IMG/VR virus record: IMGVR_UViG_3300049182_000044
Coordinates: 96,001-160,000 of that record
Source of the DNA: a virus
Taxonomy: Duplodnaviria > Caudoviricetes
Direction: 5' to 3' (one strand)
Length of the DNA stretch: 64,000 nt
Notes under the pieces: generated by a model
The model's input: only the letters and a program-made list of their open reading frames with translations
Told to the model about the DNA's origin: nothing
Databases searched by the model: none
Translations under genes and position numbers: made by a program
Part shown: positions 18,574 through 28,500 of the stretch, one piece after another
How positions within the stretch are numbered: the first letter of the stretch is position 1
Layout of the letters: each line of letters starts with the position of its first letter

Positions 18574-18593
18574 TCGTAGCGTCTAGCTGACTT

Positions 18594-18631
18594 GGGGACA
18601 CCTGAATTGTCGGGTGTCCCCTTCTCTTATT
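18594..18631 (+). terminator. probable terminator
   Basis: GGGGACACC.../...GGTGTCCCC then TTCTCTTATT. Confidence 0.55.
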
Positions 18632-18646
18632 AGCGGAGATACCAGA

Positions 18647-19246
18647 ATGGAATTTCATGGCAACATCAACCTGTTGGAGAATGACCTGATTGGTGCTGTG
18701 TTTGGCATCGAAACAAACTTTCCTCCAAATCCCCGTCCTGGCCGCTTCTGTTTCAAAGACAAGGTCCTTTACTTGTGCACTGAACTCGCAGGCGGTTTGC
18801 CGGTTTGGGTCCCCTTGACGCAGCAATTGACCATGCGTAAGCACACGCAGACGGTTGCGCAGATGGAGTGGACGATCAACCATGGCCTCAATACCTCTGA
18901 TGTGCTGGTTCAGGTTTACGATTCAGAAGGCAAGTGGGTCATCCCGGACACGATCAACACCTCGGTGTTCAATCAAGTTACAGTTTCTTTCAGCCTCCCG
19001 ATGACTGGCATCGTCATCATGCAGCGTGGCATCACCGAAGGCTCAGCGCCTCCGCTGCTGGCACATGAAGAAGAGTTCACTAATTCGGATACATGGGTTG
19101 TCAACCATGGTCTGGGTTACAATCCGATCATTCGCGTTATCGTGGGTGGTCAGGAAGTTCAGCCGTATAGCATCGTCCATAATTCGACAATGCAGACCAC
19201 GATCACATTTACTTCGCCGCAGACTGGTTCTGTTCGTTGCGTTTAA
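18647..19246 (+). CDS. fibre-associated protein with two W.INHGL modules
   Basis: ATG 18647 after GGAGA; WTINHGLN and WVVNHGLG repeats. Confidence 0.8.
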   Translation: MEFHGNINLLENDLIGAVFGIETNFPPNPRPGRFCFKDKVLYLCTELAGGLPVWVPLTQQLTMRKHTQTVAQMEWTINHGLNTSDVLVQVYDSEGKWVIPDTINTSVFNQVTVSFSLPMTGIVIMQRGITEGSAPPLLAHEEEFTNSDTWVVNHGLGYNPIIRVIVGGQEVQPYSIVHNSTMQTTITFTSPQTGSVRCV

Positions 19247-19258
19247 TCGGAGGTAGTA

Positions 19259-19471
19259 ATGGCTATCTTTGGGCACAATCATACGCAGAGTGAAGCAACG
19301 GACACTTGGGTCATCAACCACGCTTTGGGTGTTATGCCGGTTGTTGACGTTCAAGTCGTGCACGAAGGCGTATTGCAGAAAATGATTCCTCTGGCAGTTG
19401 AGTACCCCTCGAACAGCCAGGTCATCGTGCGTTTTACTAGTCCGCGTACAGGTACAGCTCGTCTCGCGTAA
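19259..19471 (+). CDS. single W.INH.LG module protein
   Basis: RBS GGAGG; TWVINHALG...VRFTSPRTG. Confidence 0.8.
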   Translation: MAIFGHNHTQSEATDTWVINHALGVMPVVDVQVVHEGVLQKMIPLAVEYPSNSQVIVRFTSPRTGTARLA

Positions 19472-19532
19472 TCGTCGAATCAACACGCAACACGTCCGAA
19501 GGCGTTTGTTGTTAAACTAAAAGGTGAAATAG

Positions 19533-21254
19533 ATGGAGCTCCGGCTACAAAAATTCATTGACAGTATGGGAACGCTTTCGGACATCCGAAACCTTGATCC
19601 ATACAATCCGGTCATCCTGCAGATGGAACATCCGGTAACGGCGATGCAGTATGTGATCGTCGTGGCCATAACGGAACCCAGCTACATGGGTATCCCGATC
19701 AATGCTATCTGGGTTGTGCAGAATCCCCAGAGCAACTACTACAAGAAGGCACTCAAGCTGAAAGCAGTTGCACCGAATGCTATTCCGGATGCGTTGCCTG
19801 GGCTGACTCAGACGTGGATTGAAATCTTCACGTATGACGAAATCTTCTCCGATCCCCAATGGTACGACAACGGCTCGGGCGGCGGTGTTCCCGGCCCGAT
19901 TGGTCCTCAAGGTCCGGTTGGACCTCAAGGTCCGATGGGTCCGACTGGTTTGCAAGGTCCAGTTGGTCCTCAAGGTCCTGCAGCAGTCGTTGATTACGAC
20001 TTCATTATCGCTGAAGTAGTGAAGCAGGTAGGCGACGGCGGTACTCCTCAGACAGCCACGCTGGCAATCATGGGTGCTAACACGGTCATGGAAGGTGGTA
20101 CTGCTCAATATGCGGTCGAACTCACCATTGGCACGAACGCTCCGATGGCTATTACTGCTCCGATTACTCTCACCGGTACTGGTGCGACGATCAATGCTAC
20201 CAATCTGGTGACCGCGGCCGGCAACCTGACTGGCGATCAAACGATTACTCTGTCTGCTAGCTATACCTACAACGGTACGGCGCTCACGGCGACTAAGAAC
20301 GTGGTGATCACCAATGCTGCGTTGGCCTCTATCGCAGTCACTGGCTTGGGTACTAACGTATTCGAGTCGAAAACTGCTCAACTGGTGGCGACCGCAACCT
20401 ACGGTAACGGCGCAACTTCGACTGTGACCACTCAGGCAACGTACACGGTGAATCCGGCTAGCGCGGGTACTGTGAGCGCTGCAGGTCTGTTCACTGCGGC
20501 TGCTGTAGCGAGCGACACACCGTTCTCGATCACGGCATCCTACACTGAGGCAGGCGTAACACGTACCACCACCGTCAACAGCACGAATAAGAATCTGATT
20601 GCTCAGTCTCTGGCTATCTCTAGCGGCGCAACTACGGTGAACGAAGGCGGCACGTTGCAGATGACGGCTACCGTGACCCGCAATGACACCACTACTGCCA
20701 ACGTATCCTCCCAAGCGACCTGGACGGTTAGCGATCCGGCTGCTGGTACGATTGATGCTAACGGTATGTTCACCGCATCCTTGGTTGCGGCCAACACACC
20801 GGTTACGATCAGCGCATCCTACCTTCAGGAAGGCATCACGGTTACTGCGACGCGTAACATCACCGTCAACAATGTGGCTGCGGTTATTTATCCGTACTAC
20901 GGTGCGGCGGCTAGCCCAGGTGTTGCAGGCAAGACTGGTGAGTGGATCAAGTCTACTCTGACGCAGCGCGGCCCTAACGGTGATCGTACTGCAACCAACA
21001 TCTCCATTGATGGCGGCAATGCTCCGGGCAACAAGTTCCTGTTCTACGCATACCCGAAATCCTACGGCCTCGCTCAGTTCTTCGATCTCGATTCGCAGAT
21101 GTTCGGCGGCTGGGATGGAGCTGATGACCAATTCGGTCAAGGCACTAACGGCCCGATGGAGGTCAATGTTACTATCGACGGTCAAGTGGTTGTGTTCTAC
21201 CTCTACCAGTCGGATATGTACAACCTCGGTCTGACTCGCTGGAACGTCAGCTAA
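19533..21254 (+). CDS. virion protein: N-module, short collagen, Ig-like repeats, C-module
   Basis: [11 protein letters not shown] shared with 57807; GPQ triplets; Thr-rich Ig-like repeats; C-terminal GGWDGA module shared with 23401. Confidence 0.85.
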   Translation: MELRLQKFIDSMGTLSDIRNLDPYNPVILQMEHPVTAMQYVIVVAITEPSYMGIPINAIWVVQNPQSNYYKKALKLKAVAPNAIPDALPGLTQTWIEIFTYDEIFSDPQWYDNGSGGGVPGPIGPQGPVGPQGPMGPTGLQGPVGPQGPAAVVDYDFIIAEVVKQVGDGGTPQTATLAIMGANTVMEGGTAQYAVELTIGTNAPMAITAPITLTGTGATINATNLVTAAGNLTGDQTITLSASYTYNGTALTATKNVVITNAALASIAVTGLGTNVFESKTAQLVATATYGNGATSTVTTQATYTVNPASAGTVSAAGLFTAAAVASDTPFSITASYTEAGVTRTTTVNSTNKNLIAQSLAISSGATTVNEGGTLQMTATVTRNDTTTANVSSQATWTVSDPAAGTIDANGMFTASLVAANTPVTISASYLQEGITVTATRNITVNNVAAVIYPYYGAAASPGVAGKTGEWIKSTLTQRGPNGDRTATNISIDGGNAPGNKFLFYAYPKSYGLAQFFDLDSQMFGGWDGADDQFGQGTNGPMEVNVTIDGQVVVFYLYQSDMYNLGLTRWNVS

Positions 21255-21272
21255 TAAACAAAGGAAATCGAA

Positions 21273-23390
21273 ATGGCTATTGATCTCGTATCATTCCTAC
21301 GGCCAAAGAACGGTAACACGTTCGCCCTTCTCGAAGATGTTTACTTGAAGGGCGGTTATCGTTCGGTCGCTAACGCAACAGAGCGCGATGCGATTGATCC
21401 GCTGTGCCGCAAGTCCGGTATGCTGGTGCTCACCCGAGACAACACCACGATCTGGAAACTGTCTGATGACCTTACTAGCTGGACTACGTTCGGCTTTGAA
21501 GGTCCTCAGGGTCCCCAAGGTGTTGCAGGTGTTGATGGCAAATCGGCTTATCAAGTATGGCTCGATGCTGGTAACGTAGGCACTGAAGTTGAGTTCCTCG
21601 CTTCGTTGCAGGGTCCCCAAGGTCCCCAAGGCATCCAGGGTGACCAAGGTCTTCAGGGTCCCGAAGGCCCTGCTGGCATCCAGGGCATCCAGGGCGATCA
21701 AGGTCCCCAAGGCATTCAAGGCCCTCAAGGCGAACAAGGTCCGGTTGGCCCTCAAGGCCCAGCAGGTGCGGATGGCGCTAACGGAGCAGATGGTCAATCG
21801 TTGGCTATCAGTGCTACTGGTACAACGCAAGACCGTGCCCTGTACGACACTGAGCTGAAAGGCTTCCTGTTCCTCGACACTGACACGTCACTCGTGTATG
21901 TCAAGAAGTCCGATGCATTCGCAGATTGGACTGCGGGTCAGCCGTTCGGCGTCGGTCCTCAAGGCGTGCAGGGTATCCAAGGTGAACAAGGTCTTCAAGG
22001 TCCTCAAGGCGTGCCTGGAGAACCCGGCCCCGCAGGTCCTCAGGGCCCCCAAGGTGAGGTTGGTATTTCGGTCATCACCAGTGAAGGCCCTCCGCTTGAT
22101 GAAGTAGGTCGTGAAGGCGAGTACTGCATCGACAAGACAAACTTCTACGTCTATGGGCCTAAGACGGCTGGCGTGTGGGGCATCGGCACAAGCATCATCG
22201 GGCCTGAAGGTCCTCAAGGTCCTGCTGGTGTCACAGGTCCGACCGCATACCAAGCATGGCTCGACGCAGGCAATGTCGGTACTGAAGCAGAGTTCATTAC
22301 TGCCATCACAGGTCCTCAGGGTCCCCAAGGTATTCAGGGTGAAGTTGGTCCTCAAGGTCCAGCAGGCCCCGCAGGTCCTTCTGCGTATCAAGCATGGCTA
22401 GACGCGGGTAACGTAGGCACTGAAGCAGAGTTCATTACTGCGATCACAGGCCCCGCAGGTCCTCAAGGTGAAGTTGGTCCTGCAGGTCCAGCTGGTCCTC
22501 AAGGCCCTTCTGCATACCAAGTGTGGCTCTCTGCTGGCAACGTAGGCACTGAATCAGACTTTATCCTTTCGATTACCGGCCCGATGGGTCCCCAAGGTAT
22601 TCAAGGTGAAGTTGGTCCTCAGGGCTTACAGGGTCCTTCCGGTCCTTCTGCTTACCAAGCGTGGCTTAATGCAGGTAACGTTGGTGACGAAGCTGCATTC
22701 ATCGCCGCGATCACAGGTCCCCAAGGTCCCCAAGGTATTCAGGGCCCCCAAGGTGAGCAAGGCTTGCAAGGCCCTCAGGGTATTCAAGGTCCCCAAGGTG
22801 AAGTTGGTCCTCAAGGTCCGGCAGGCACTGTTACGGGCGGTGCAATCGAAGGTAACGTCACTGTAAATGGTACGGTGCTTGCGAAGAACGTGTATGCTAC
22901 GTTGTCGGGCTTCCCCGATGCTAACACCTGCGAAGGTACGATTGTTATCGCTGAAGATAGCAACAAGCCGTATATCGCAAGTGATGGCACTTGGGTGGAA
23001 CTGCAGGTCGCACGTACTCTGGTTGCTCCTTATGATCTGGGCTTCTTCATTTCCGGCAACATGCCTACTACCAGCCAGGTGGTCGGCGTCAATCTCGTTG
23101 CTCGTAATGTGGCGATCACAGCCGGTTTCCCAGGTGCAGTCGCAAGGGCTAAGGTCGCTCCTACCACTCAAATCGTATTCAAGGTCGCAGTGAGCGGTGT
23201 CGATAAAGGCACGGTAACATTCAACATCGGTCAGACGAATGGCGTGTTTGCAATGGCTTCCAACTTGACGCTCCTTCCGGGTGACATGCTGGAGATCATC
23301 GCACCAGCTGGTGCCGACGCGACGATCAAGGATGTTGCAATCACCATCGTTGGACGTGCTGAAGCGCCTCACGGTAGTATGACGTTCTAA
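21273..23390 (+). CDS. collagen-like fibre protein
   Basis: Gly-X-Y runs interrupted by five (S/T)AYQxWLxAGNVG(T/D)E knobs; PYDL C-module shared with 43103. Confidence 0.85.
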   Translation: MAIDLVSFLRPKNGNTFALLEDVYLKGGYRSVANATERDAIDPLCRKSGMLVLTRDNTTIWKLSDDLTSWTTFGFEGPQGPQGVAGVDGKSAYQVWLDAGNVGTEVEFLASLQGPQGPQGIQGDQGLQGPEGPAGIQGIQGDQGPQGIQGPQGEQGPVGPQGPAGADGANGADGQSLAISATGTTQDRALYDTELKGFLFLDTDTSLVYVKKSDAFADWTAGQPFGVGPQGVQGIQGEQGLQGPQGVPGEPGPAGPQGPQGEVGISVITSEGPPLDEVGREGEYCIDKTNFYVYGPKTAGVWGIGTSIIGPEGPQGPAGVTGPTAYQAWLDAGNVGTEAEFITAITGPQGPQGIQGEVGPQGPAGPAGPSAYQAWLDAGNVGTEAEFITAITGPAGPQGEVGPAGPAGPQGPSAYQVWLSAGNVGTESDFILSITGPMGPQGIQGEVGPQGLQGPSGPSAYQAWLNAGNVGDEAAFIAAITGPQGPQGIQGPQGEQGLQGPQGIQGPQGEVGPQGPAGTVTGGAIEGNVTVNGTVLAKNVYATLSGFPDANTCEGTIVIAEDSNKPYIASDGTWVELQVARTLVAPYDLGFFISGNMPTTSQVVGVNLVARNVAITAGFPGAVARAKVAPTTQIVFKVAVSGVDKGTVTFNIGQTNGVFAMASNLTLLPGDMLEIIAPAGADATIKDVAITIVGRAEAPHGSMTF

Positions 23391-23400
23391 GGAGTTTAGC

Positions 23401-23832
23401 ATGGGCTTAATGTCAATGATCTCGGTCTCGGTCTTCCGGACGAGTGAAGGTGTTACGTCTCCTGAGCCAACAAACATTCTACCGTACTACGGTGTATCAG
23501 CAGTAGTTGACCAAAGTGCTAAGACGGGTGATTTCATTCTAGCGTTACCACATCGTGGCCCGACGCCGGATCGTTTGAACCCGTCATTCATTTTGAATGC
23601 GCCCACTCCAGACCTTACCATGTACTACGCATATCCAGTTGCGTATGGTGAGGCAACGTTCTTGGATGTTCAAGCGAACTTCCAAGGTGGTTGGGATGGT
23701 GCGCATGGCGACTACGGCTCTACACTAGGTCCGCTGATTGTTCCGGTCACCATCGACGGTCATGTAGTTAACTTCTACTTGTACCAGACTGACTGGGAAG
23801 GCCTCGGTGAGATTGAATGGAGCGTAAGCTAA
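23401..23832 (+). CDS. stand-alone GGWDGA module protein
   Basis: PYYG...YAYP..YG...GGWDGA...TIDG...FYLYQ.D aligns with the C-terminus of 19533. Confidence 0.8.
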   Translation: MGLMSMISVSVFRTSEGVTSPEPTNILPYYGVSAVVDQSAKTGDFILALPHRGPTPDRLNPSFILNAPTPDLTMYYAYPVAYGEATFLDVQANFQGGWDGAHGDYGSTLGPLIVPVTIDGHVVNFYLYQTDWEGLGEIEWSVS

Positions 23833-23839
23833 TCGTCGC

Positions 23840-23863
23840 GGGTGCTGCTTAACGGCGGCACCC
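23840..23863 (+). other. intergenic hairpin
   Basis: GGGTGCTGC-TTAACG-GCGGCACCC, no U tract. Confidence 0.4.
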
Positions 23864-23886
23864 ACTTAACAAGAAGGTAGGTAGAC

Positions 23887-24498
23887 ATGGCTATTCAAGT
23901 CGCCTCGTTTATAGTCCCCAAGAACAACAACACTTGGTATGTACTCGAGGACAAATACTTAAAAGGTGGCCTTCGCGTCGTGGCAAATGTCACGGAGAGA
24001 AACAACATTGACTCGCTTTCCCGTAAGGCCGCAATGTTGGTCATCACCCAGGACGATAAGAAAGTTTGGCAGCTCAATGCTGATCTGTCAACCTGGACAG
24101 AGTTCAAAGTGGGTGGTGGCTCTGCTGTAAGGCAAACCGTTCAGCATTCGACAATTGAGCTTCAACCGGGTGCGTCGGATGTATTCGCCTTGAACTTAGG
24201 GCGATCTGTTCTGGTGTATCACTTTGAAGTAGATACGCCTTGTACCGTAGAAGCTCACGGTAGTGTGCTGAGGGATGACTCGAATCCGTATAAGTTCGTG
24301 GCTACTTCAGACCATCTTGTTGATGACGGCTCGTCATTGATGACGGATGGAACAATCCTGCGAGGCCGGCGATATGCTATTCTCGCAAATACCGAGCCTG
24401 GGAATTCTGGCGACATCTATTTTCAGTTGACAAACAACGATGTTGTTGCCAAGAATGTTAATTTAACATTGACGTTCCTTCCGTTGGAAACCGTATAA
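23887..24498 (+). CDS. fibre-associated protein (LED.YLKGG N-module)
   Basis: MAIQVASFIVPKNNNTWYVLEDKYLKGGLRV is near-identical to the start of 16192. Confidence 0.8.
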   Translation: MAIQVASFIVPKNNNTWYVLEDKYLKGGLRVVANVTERNNIDSLSRKAAMLVITQDDKKVWQLNADLSTWTEFKVGGGSAVRQTVQHSTIELQPGASDVFALNLGRSVLVYHFEVDTPCTVEAHGSVLRDDSNPYKFVATSDHLVDDGSSLMTDGTILRGRRYAILANTEPGNSGDIYFQLTNNDVVAKNVNLTLTFLPLETV

Positions 24499-24522
24499 AC
24501 CTTTAACTAAGGAGAAACAAAC

Positions 24523-25533
24523 ATGCCTGGATTTACCGTTCAACGTGCTGGCTTCACCCGCACACCTGAAATGCTGTACGCCATTGTGCAAGACCTGCTT
24601 GCAAACGGCTTCGTGCAAAAGTTCCCATCCGCTCCGCTGACAGCTCCGGTGGCTAACACCGACTATGCCAAGTTCAAGATCACCCTCGAAGCAGGCCCGA
24701 CCATTGATCCGCTGGCTGCAAGTCAACCGTGGCGTATGCATTTGAGCTGCGACCAGCACGAGCAAGTTCTCGACATCTACATGGGCTCGCCGCTGCAGTT
24801 GCAAAACGACGGCACAGTCGCGTTGATGGATAAGTCGGACGGTACAACCGACCTCTCGAAGCTGCCCGCAGGTATGCTGAACACCACTGGCATCATCCCG
24901 CAAGATCTGACCGCGGACAAGCCGGACACCTACTTCATCCATCGTAAGGCTCGCGTTGCCGACAAAGCAACCGCCGCCAACTACCCGCTGACGTATCGCC
25001 TGTCGATCACCGCCCACGGTGTCGCCCTAGCAGTATGGGAAGATGCTACTGATCACCAGGACATTCCGCGCTTCTCGTGGTTCGTTGCACAGCGTCCGGT
25101 TGACCACATCACTGGTTCTCCTCTGGTTACTGGCCACTGCCCGATGGTTTGCCTGTTCGGTATGGCGTCTAAGTGCTTCAAGTTCATTGTTCGTGAGAGC
25201 GACGTTCTGAAGCCTACCAAGCCGGTTGATGCAGCAGCAGACGTTGACGATAGCCACGCTATCATCAATGTAAAGCCGCAAGTGGCAATCACCGAGAACA
25301 ACCGTTACGTGATTACCTTCCCGAACGGCCTGAACACGCCTCGCTATATGTACACCGAAGAGCTGGACATGGTTGCATACACTTCTGCAGACGTGGTCGG
25401 TCAGTACAGTGACGTACCTATCACTGTGTACGGTGAAGCCACTGCTCGTACTTACAAAGCATTGCTGGCGAACGCGAAGAACAACACCGGTATGCGTATC
25501 CTGTTCCTCATTAAGGGCGCCGGTATTGCCTAA
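24523..25533 (+). CDS. probable virion structural protein
   Basis: Strong RBS, highly expressed codon pattern, followed by a terminator; no enzyme motif. Confidence 0.7.
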   Translation: MPGFTVQRAGFTRTPEMLYAIVQDLLANGFVQKFPSAPLTAPVANTDYAKFKITLEAGPTIDPLAASQPWRMHLSCDQHEQVLDIYMGSPLQLQNDGTVALMDKSDGTTDLSKLPAGMLNTTGIIPQDLTADKPDTYFIHRKARVADKATAANYPLTYRLSITAHGVALAVWEDATDHQDIPRFSWFVAQRPVDHITGSPLVTGHCPMVCLFGMASKCFKFIVRESDVLKPTKPVDAAADVDDSHAIINVKPQVAITENNRYVITFPNGLNTPRYMYTEELDMVAYTSADVVGQYSDVPITVYGEATARTYKALLANAKNNTGMRILFLIKGAGIA

Positions 25534-25550
25534 TTGAACAGGAAGTAATA

Positions 25551-25584
25551 ATGGGGATGCTTAGTCATCCCCATTTTTGTTTTT
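25551..25584 (+). terminator. intrinsic terminator
   Basis: ATGGGGATG-CTTAGT-CATCCCCAT-TTTTGTTTTT. Confidence 0.7.
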
Positions 25585-25599
25585 GCCTTGGGGATAACC

Positions 25600-28500
25600 A
25601 TGCGGAGTTTGTTTAATAAAGTTCAAAATGCTCAGCTAGGTGTAGGAGTTACTTCAGAGGAAGTTACACTCTCCGGACTGAGTGGAGCAGTTAGCCTCAC
25701 TATCAACCAGCCTGGCGTTATTCTATACCGCAACGGTGGTGAGACTAGCACTCCTACTACGGTTAGTAATGGCGACCGCATTCGCCTAGCTGTGACTGCA
25801 CCGGCGACGTATGCGACTACAAAGTTCGTCACAGTCAACATCGGTGGTGAACCAGCCTTATTCAGTGTTACGACAATCCAAGACCCTGCGAAATACAACT
25901 TCGCGGGGTTCTCTGACCTCACGCCACTGGAGCTAACCAAGTACCAATCGGGTCAGGATTATATCCCCAATCCTGTCGATAACGTTTTCTCCATCTATGG
26001 TACAGATGGGAACTTTATTAAATCAGTTCCAGCCAAAGCACCTGCAACAAATGGCACTACCGCGAACGACTTCGTAATCATCGCCGACTACTACAGCGAC
26101 AAGCTGTTGAAGATCGACGCGGTGACACATGAGGTTGTCCGTGCGATCACAGTCGGCGCACGTCCATACGGCCTGGCTCATACTCCGACCTCTGATACTA
26201 ACGCAGAGAGCTTGACCTGGGTCTCTGTTTCGGAAGAAGACAAAGTCCTCGTCTTAGACAAGAATCACAACGTCGTAGCCACCCATCGCACCGGTGAGAA
26301 GCCTTTGGGCATCGCCGTGACGATTGATGGACGCGATCTGTTTGTGGCGAACAATGCAGCGGGCACCGTCACTCATTTCACTTTGAATGGTGATGTGTGG
26401 TCGTCAGTGACCGTCAACGTTGGTGCGAAGCCGTTTGAAGTAGCAACGGACTTGCGTGGTAACGCTTGGGTGACTTGTACAGGCACCGATAAAGTGTACC
26501 GCATCACCCGTAATAACGTGGTCACTCCATTCATCGTCGGCGGTGGCCCACGTGGTGTATTGATCGACGGCGCAGGTATGGTGTGGGTGGCCTGTTCTCA
26601 GGATAACACCTTAGTCAAGCTCAACCCTGGTACTGGGGTAAAGACGTCGATCACTACTCGACAAGTGCCTGTCTCCCTCACAATGGGTAAGGACGGCACA
26701 ATCTACGTTGCGAACTTTGGTGATAGCACTGTTCAGAAAGTAGTGAACGGAGCAATTACTGCGACAACTGAAGTTGGCAAGTACCCGTATGGTCTAACTG
26801 TTGATGGCACGGGTAAGCTGTGGGTCGCAAGCCTGTATTCAAACACTCCGGCATACCTGTACGACTTCGATCAGACTCCTCTTGGATTCGCTATTCAAGA
26901 CCAGCTGTCTGTTCGTCCGAATACGCTTGTCACCACGAACACGATCACTGTTACTGAAATCAATACGCCTACTCCGGTTGCTGTACCGGACTTGTACGGT
27001 GCAACGATCATCAAGAACGGTGCTGATGCAGGATCAACTACCACGGTTGTTAGTGGAGATACACTCGCGTTCAAATTCACTACGCCGAATGTGTACGACA
27101 CTCAAATCGACATGCCGATCTTTGTCGGTACTCGATATGAAAGCTTCACTGCGAGCATTCCAGTTGAAGACCGTGTGCCGAATCCGTTCCTGCTGATTGA
27201 AAAGAACAACGCTGAGCCGGACACCTGGTACACATCGAACGAAATCACTGTAACAGGCATCGACTCGACTGCGACTATTCCGGTTGTCACTTCCTTCGGT
27301 ACGCTTGTGATCGACCGTATCGACACTGGTGCTACATCCGCTTCTGCTCGTTTGGGTACGAAGGTTGCGATCCGTGCAAAGTCTTCGATCACTGACAAAC
27401 AGACGTTGTTCATCGACCTCGATATAGGTACAGTGCGTGGAACATGGCGACTGACCACGAACATTATCGACACCAGCCGTTACATAAAGCCTGAGTTTAA
27501 GAACAATCGCCAGTACCATCCTGGGCTTGGTCATAATACGCCTCAAGTCGGCCCTGTTCGTCGCCTGACTCGCATCAAGCCGGATGATTTCACTTCGCAG
27601 ACTGCAGAGCTGATAAACAATGTCAACTTCGTTCCAGGCGCATACGACATCTATGTTGCGAACCCTTCCTCGGGCGAAGTATTTCAGTTCAATAAGGTAA
27701 CAGGTCTCACTAAGACTGCCCTGAAGCCGGATCCGAGCATCGCACAAAACAATGTGATGCCGTTCAAGACTATTGGTAATCGTTTCGTCTTGTGCGGGGC
27801 TAACAAATCAGTCTACGACATTCTTACTGGGAAGTTCACTCCCTTCGTCGGCCCAGGCGTCATAAAGATGCCGGAAGACGGAACGATGATTGGTCAAGCG
27901 CTGTATGTGACCACGTCTAACGGTGAAGTTCATACGGTTGTTGCAGGTGTAGGTGGTGAGTATTTCGTTCTGTCCTCGATCTCGGTAGGCGGTCCCGGTA
28001 CTGCTCACGCGATCTGTGCCGATCAGACTGGGGCACTGTGGGTAAGCGATATCGTCAATGATCGTATCTACAAGATCTTTCAGGACGAAGTTGTCGCGAC
28101 GATTGAGAATGCTGGAGCAGACATTTGGAGCATGAAGGCGAGTGCCACTCACTTGTGGACGGCCAACAGCTACGATAACACGGTCTCGAAGATCAACTTG
28201 TCTACGCTCGAAGTCGAAAAGAAGATTCGGGTTGCCTCTGTACCGAATAACATCGAGATCGACCAGTACGGCAAGATTTGGGTCAGCCATTACTACTCAA
28301 AGAACATCATCGTCCTCGATCCGAACACGGATCAGAAGGTGCAAGACATCGCTTTGAATTATGCCGCAGCGATGGAGATGCATCTTCTCGAAGGTGAGGT
28401 TTGGGTATCTGAGCTGTACTCGACCATTGATGACTTCTACAAGAAGACAAGTGGTCTGAACGGTGTTGGTCAGCTAGGCTTTGCCCAGTTGAACAACGTT

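Noticed and set aside
22230-22830. Regularly spaced near-identical DNA repeats that could look like a CRISPR array
   Set aside because: They are in-frame collagen and AYQxW knob repeats with synonymous variation, and there are no unique spacers or cas genes.
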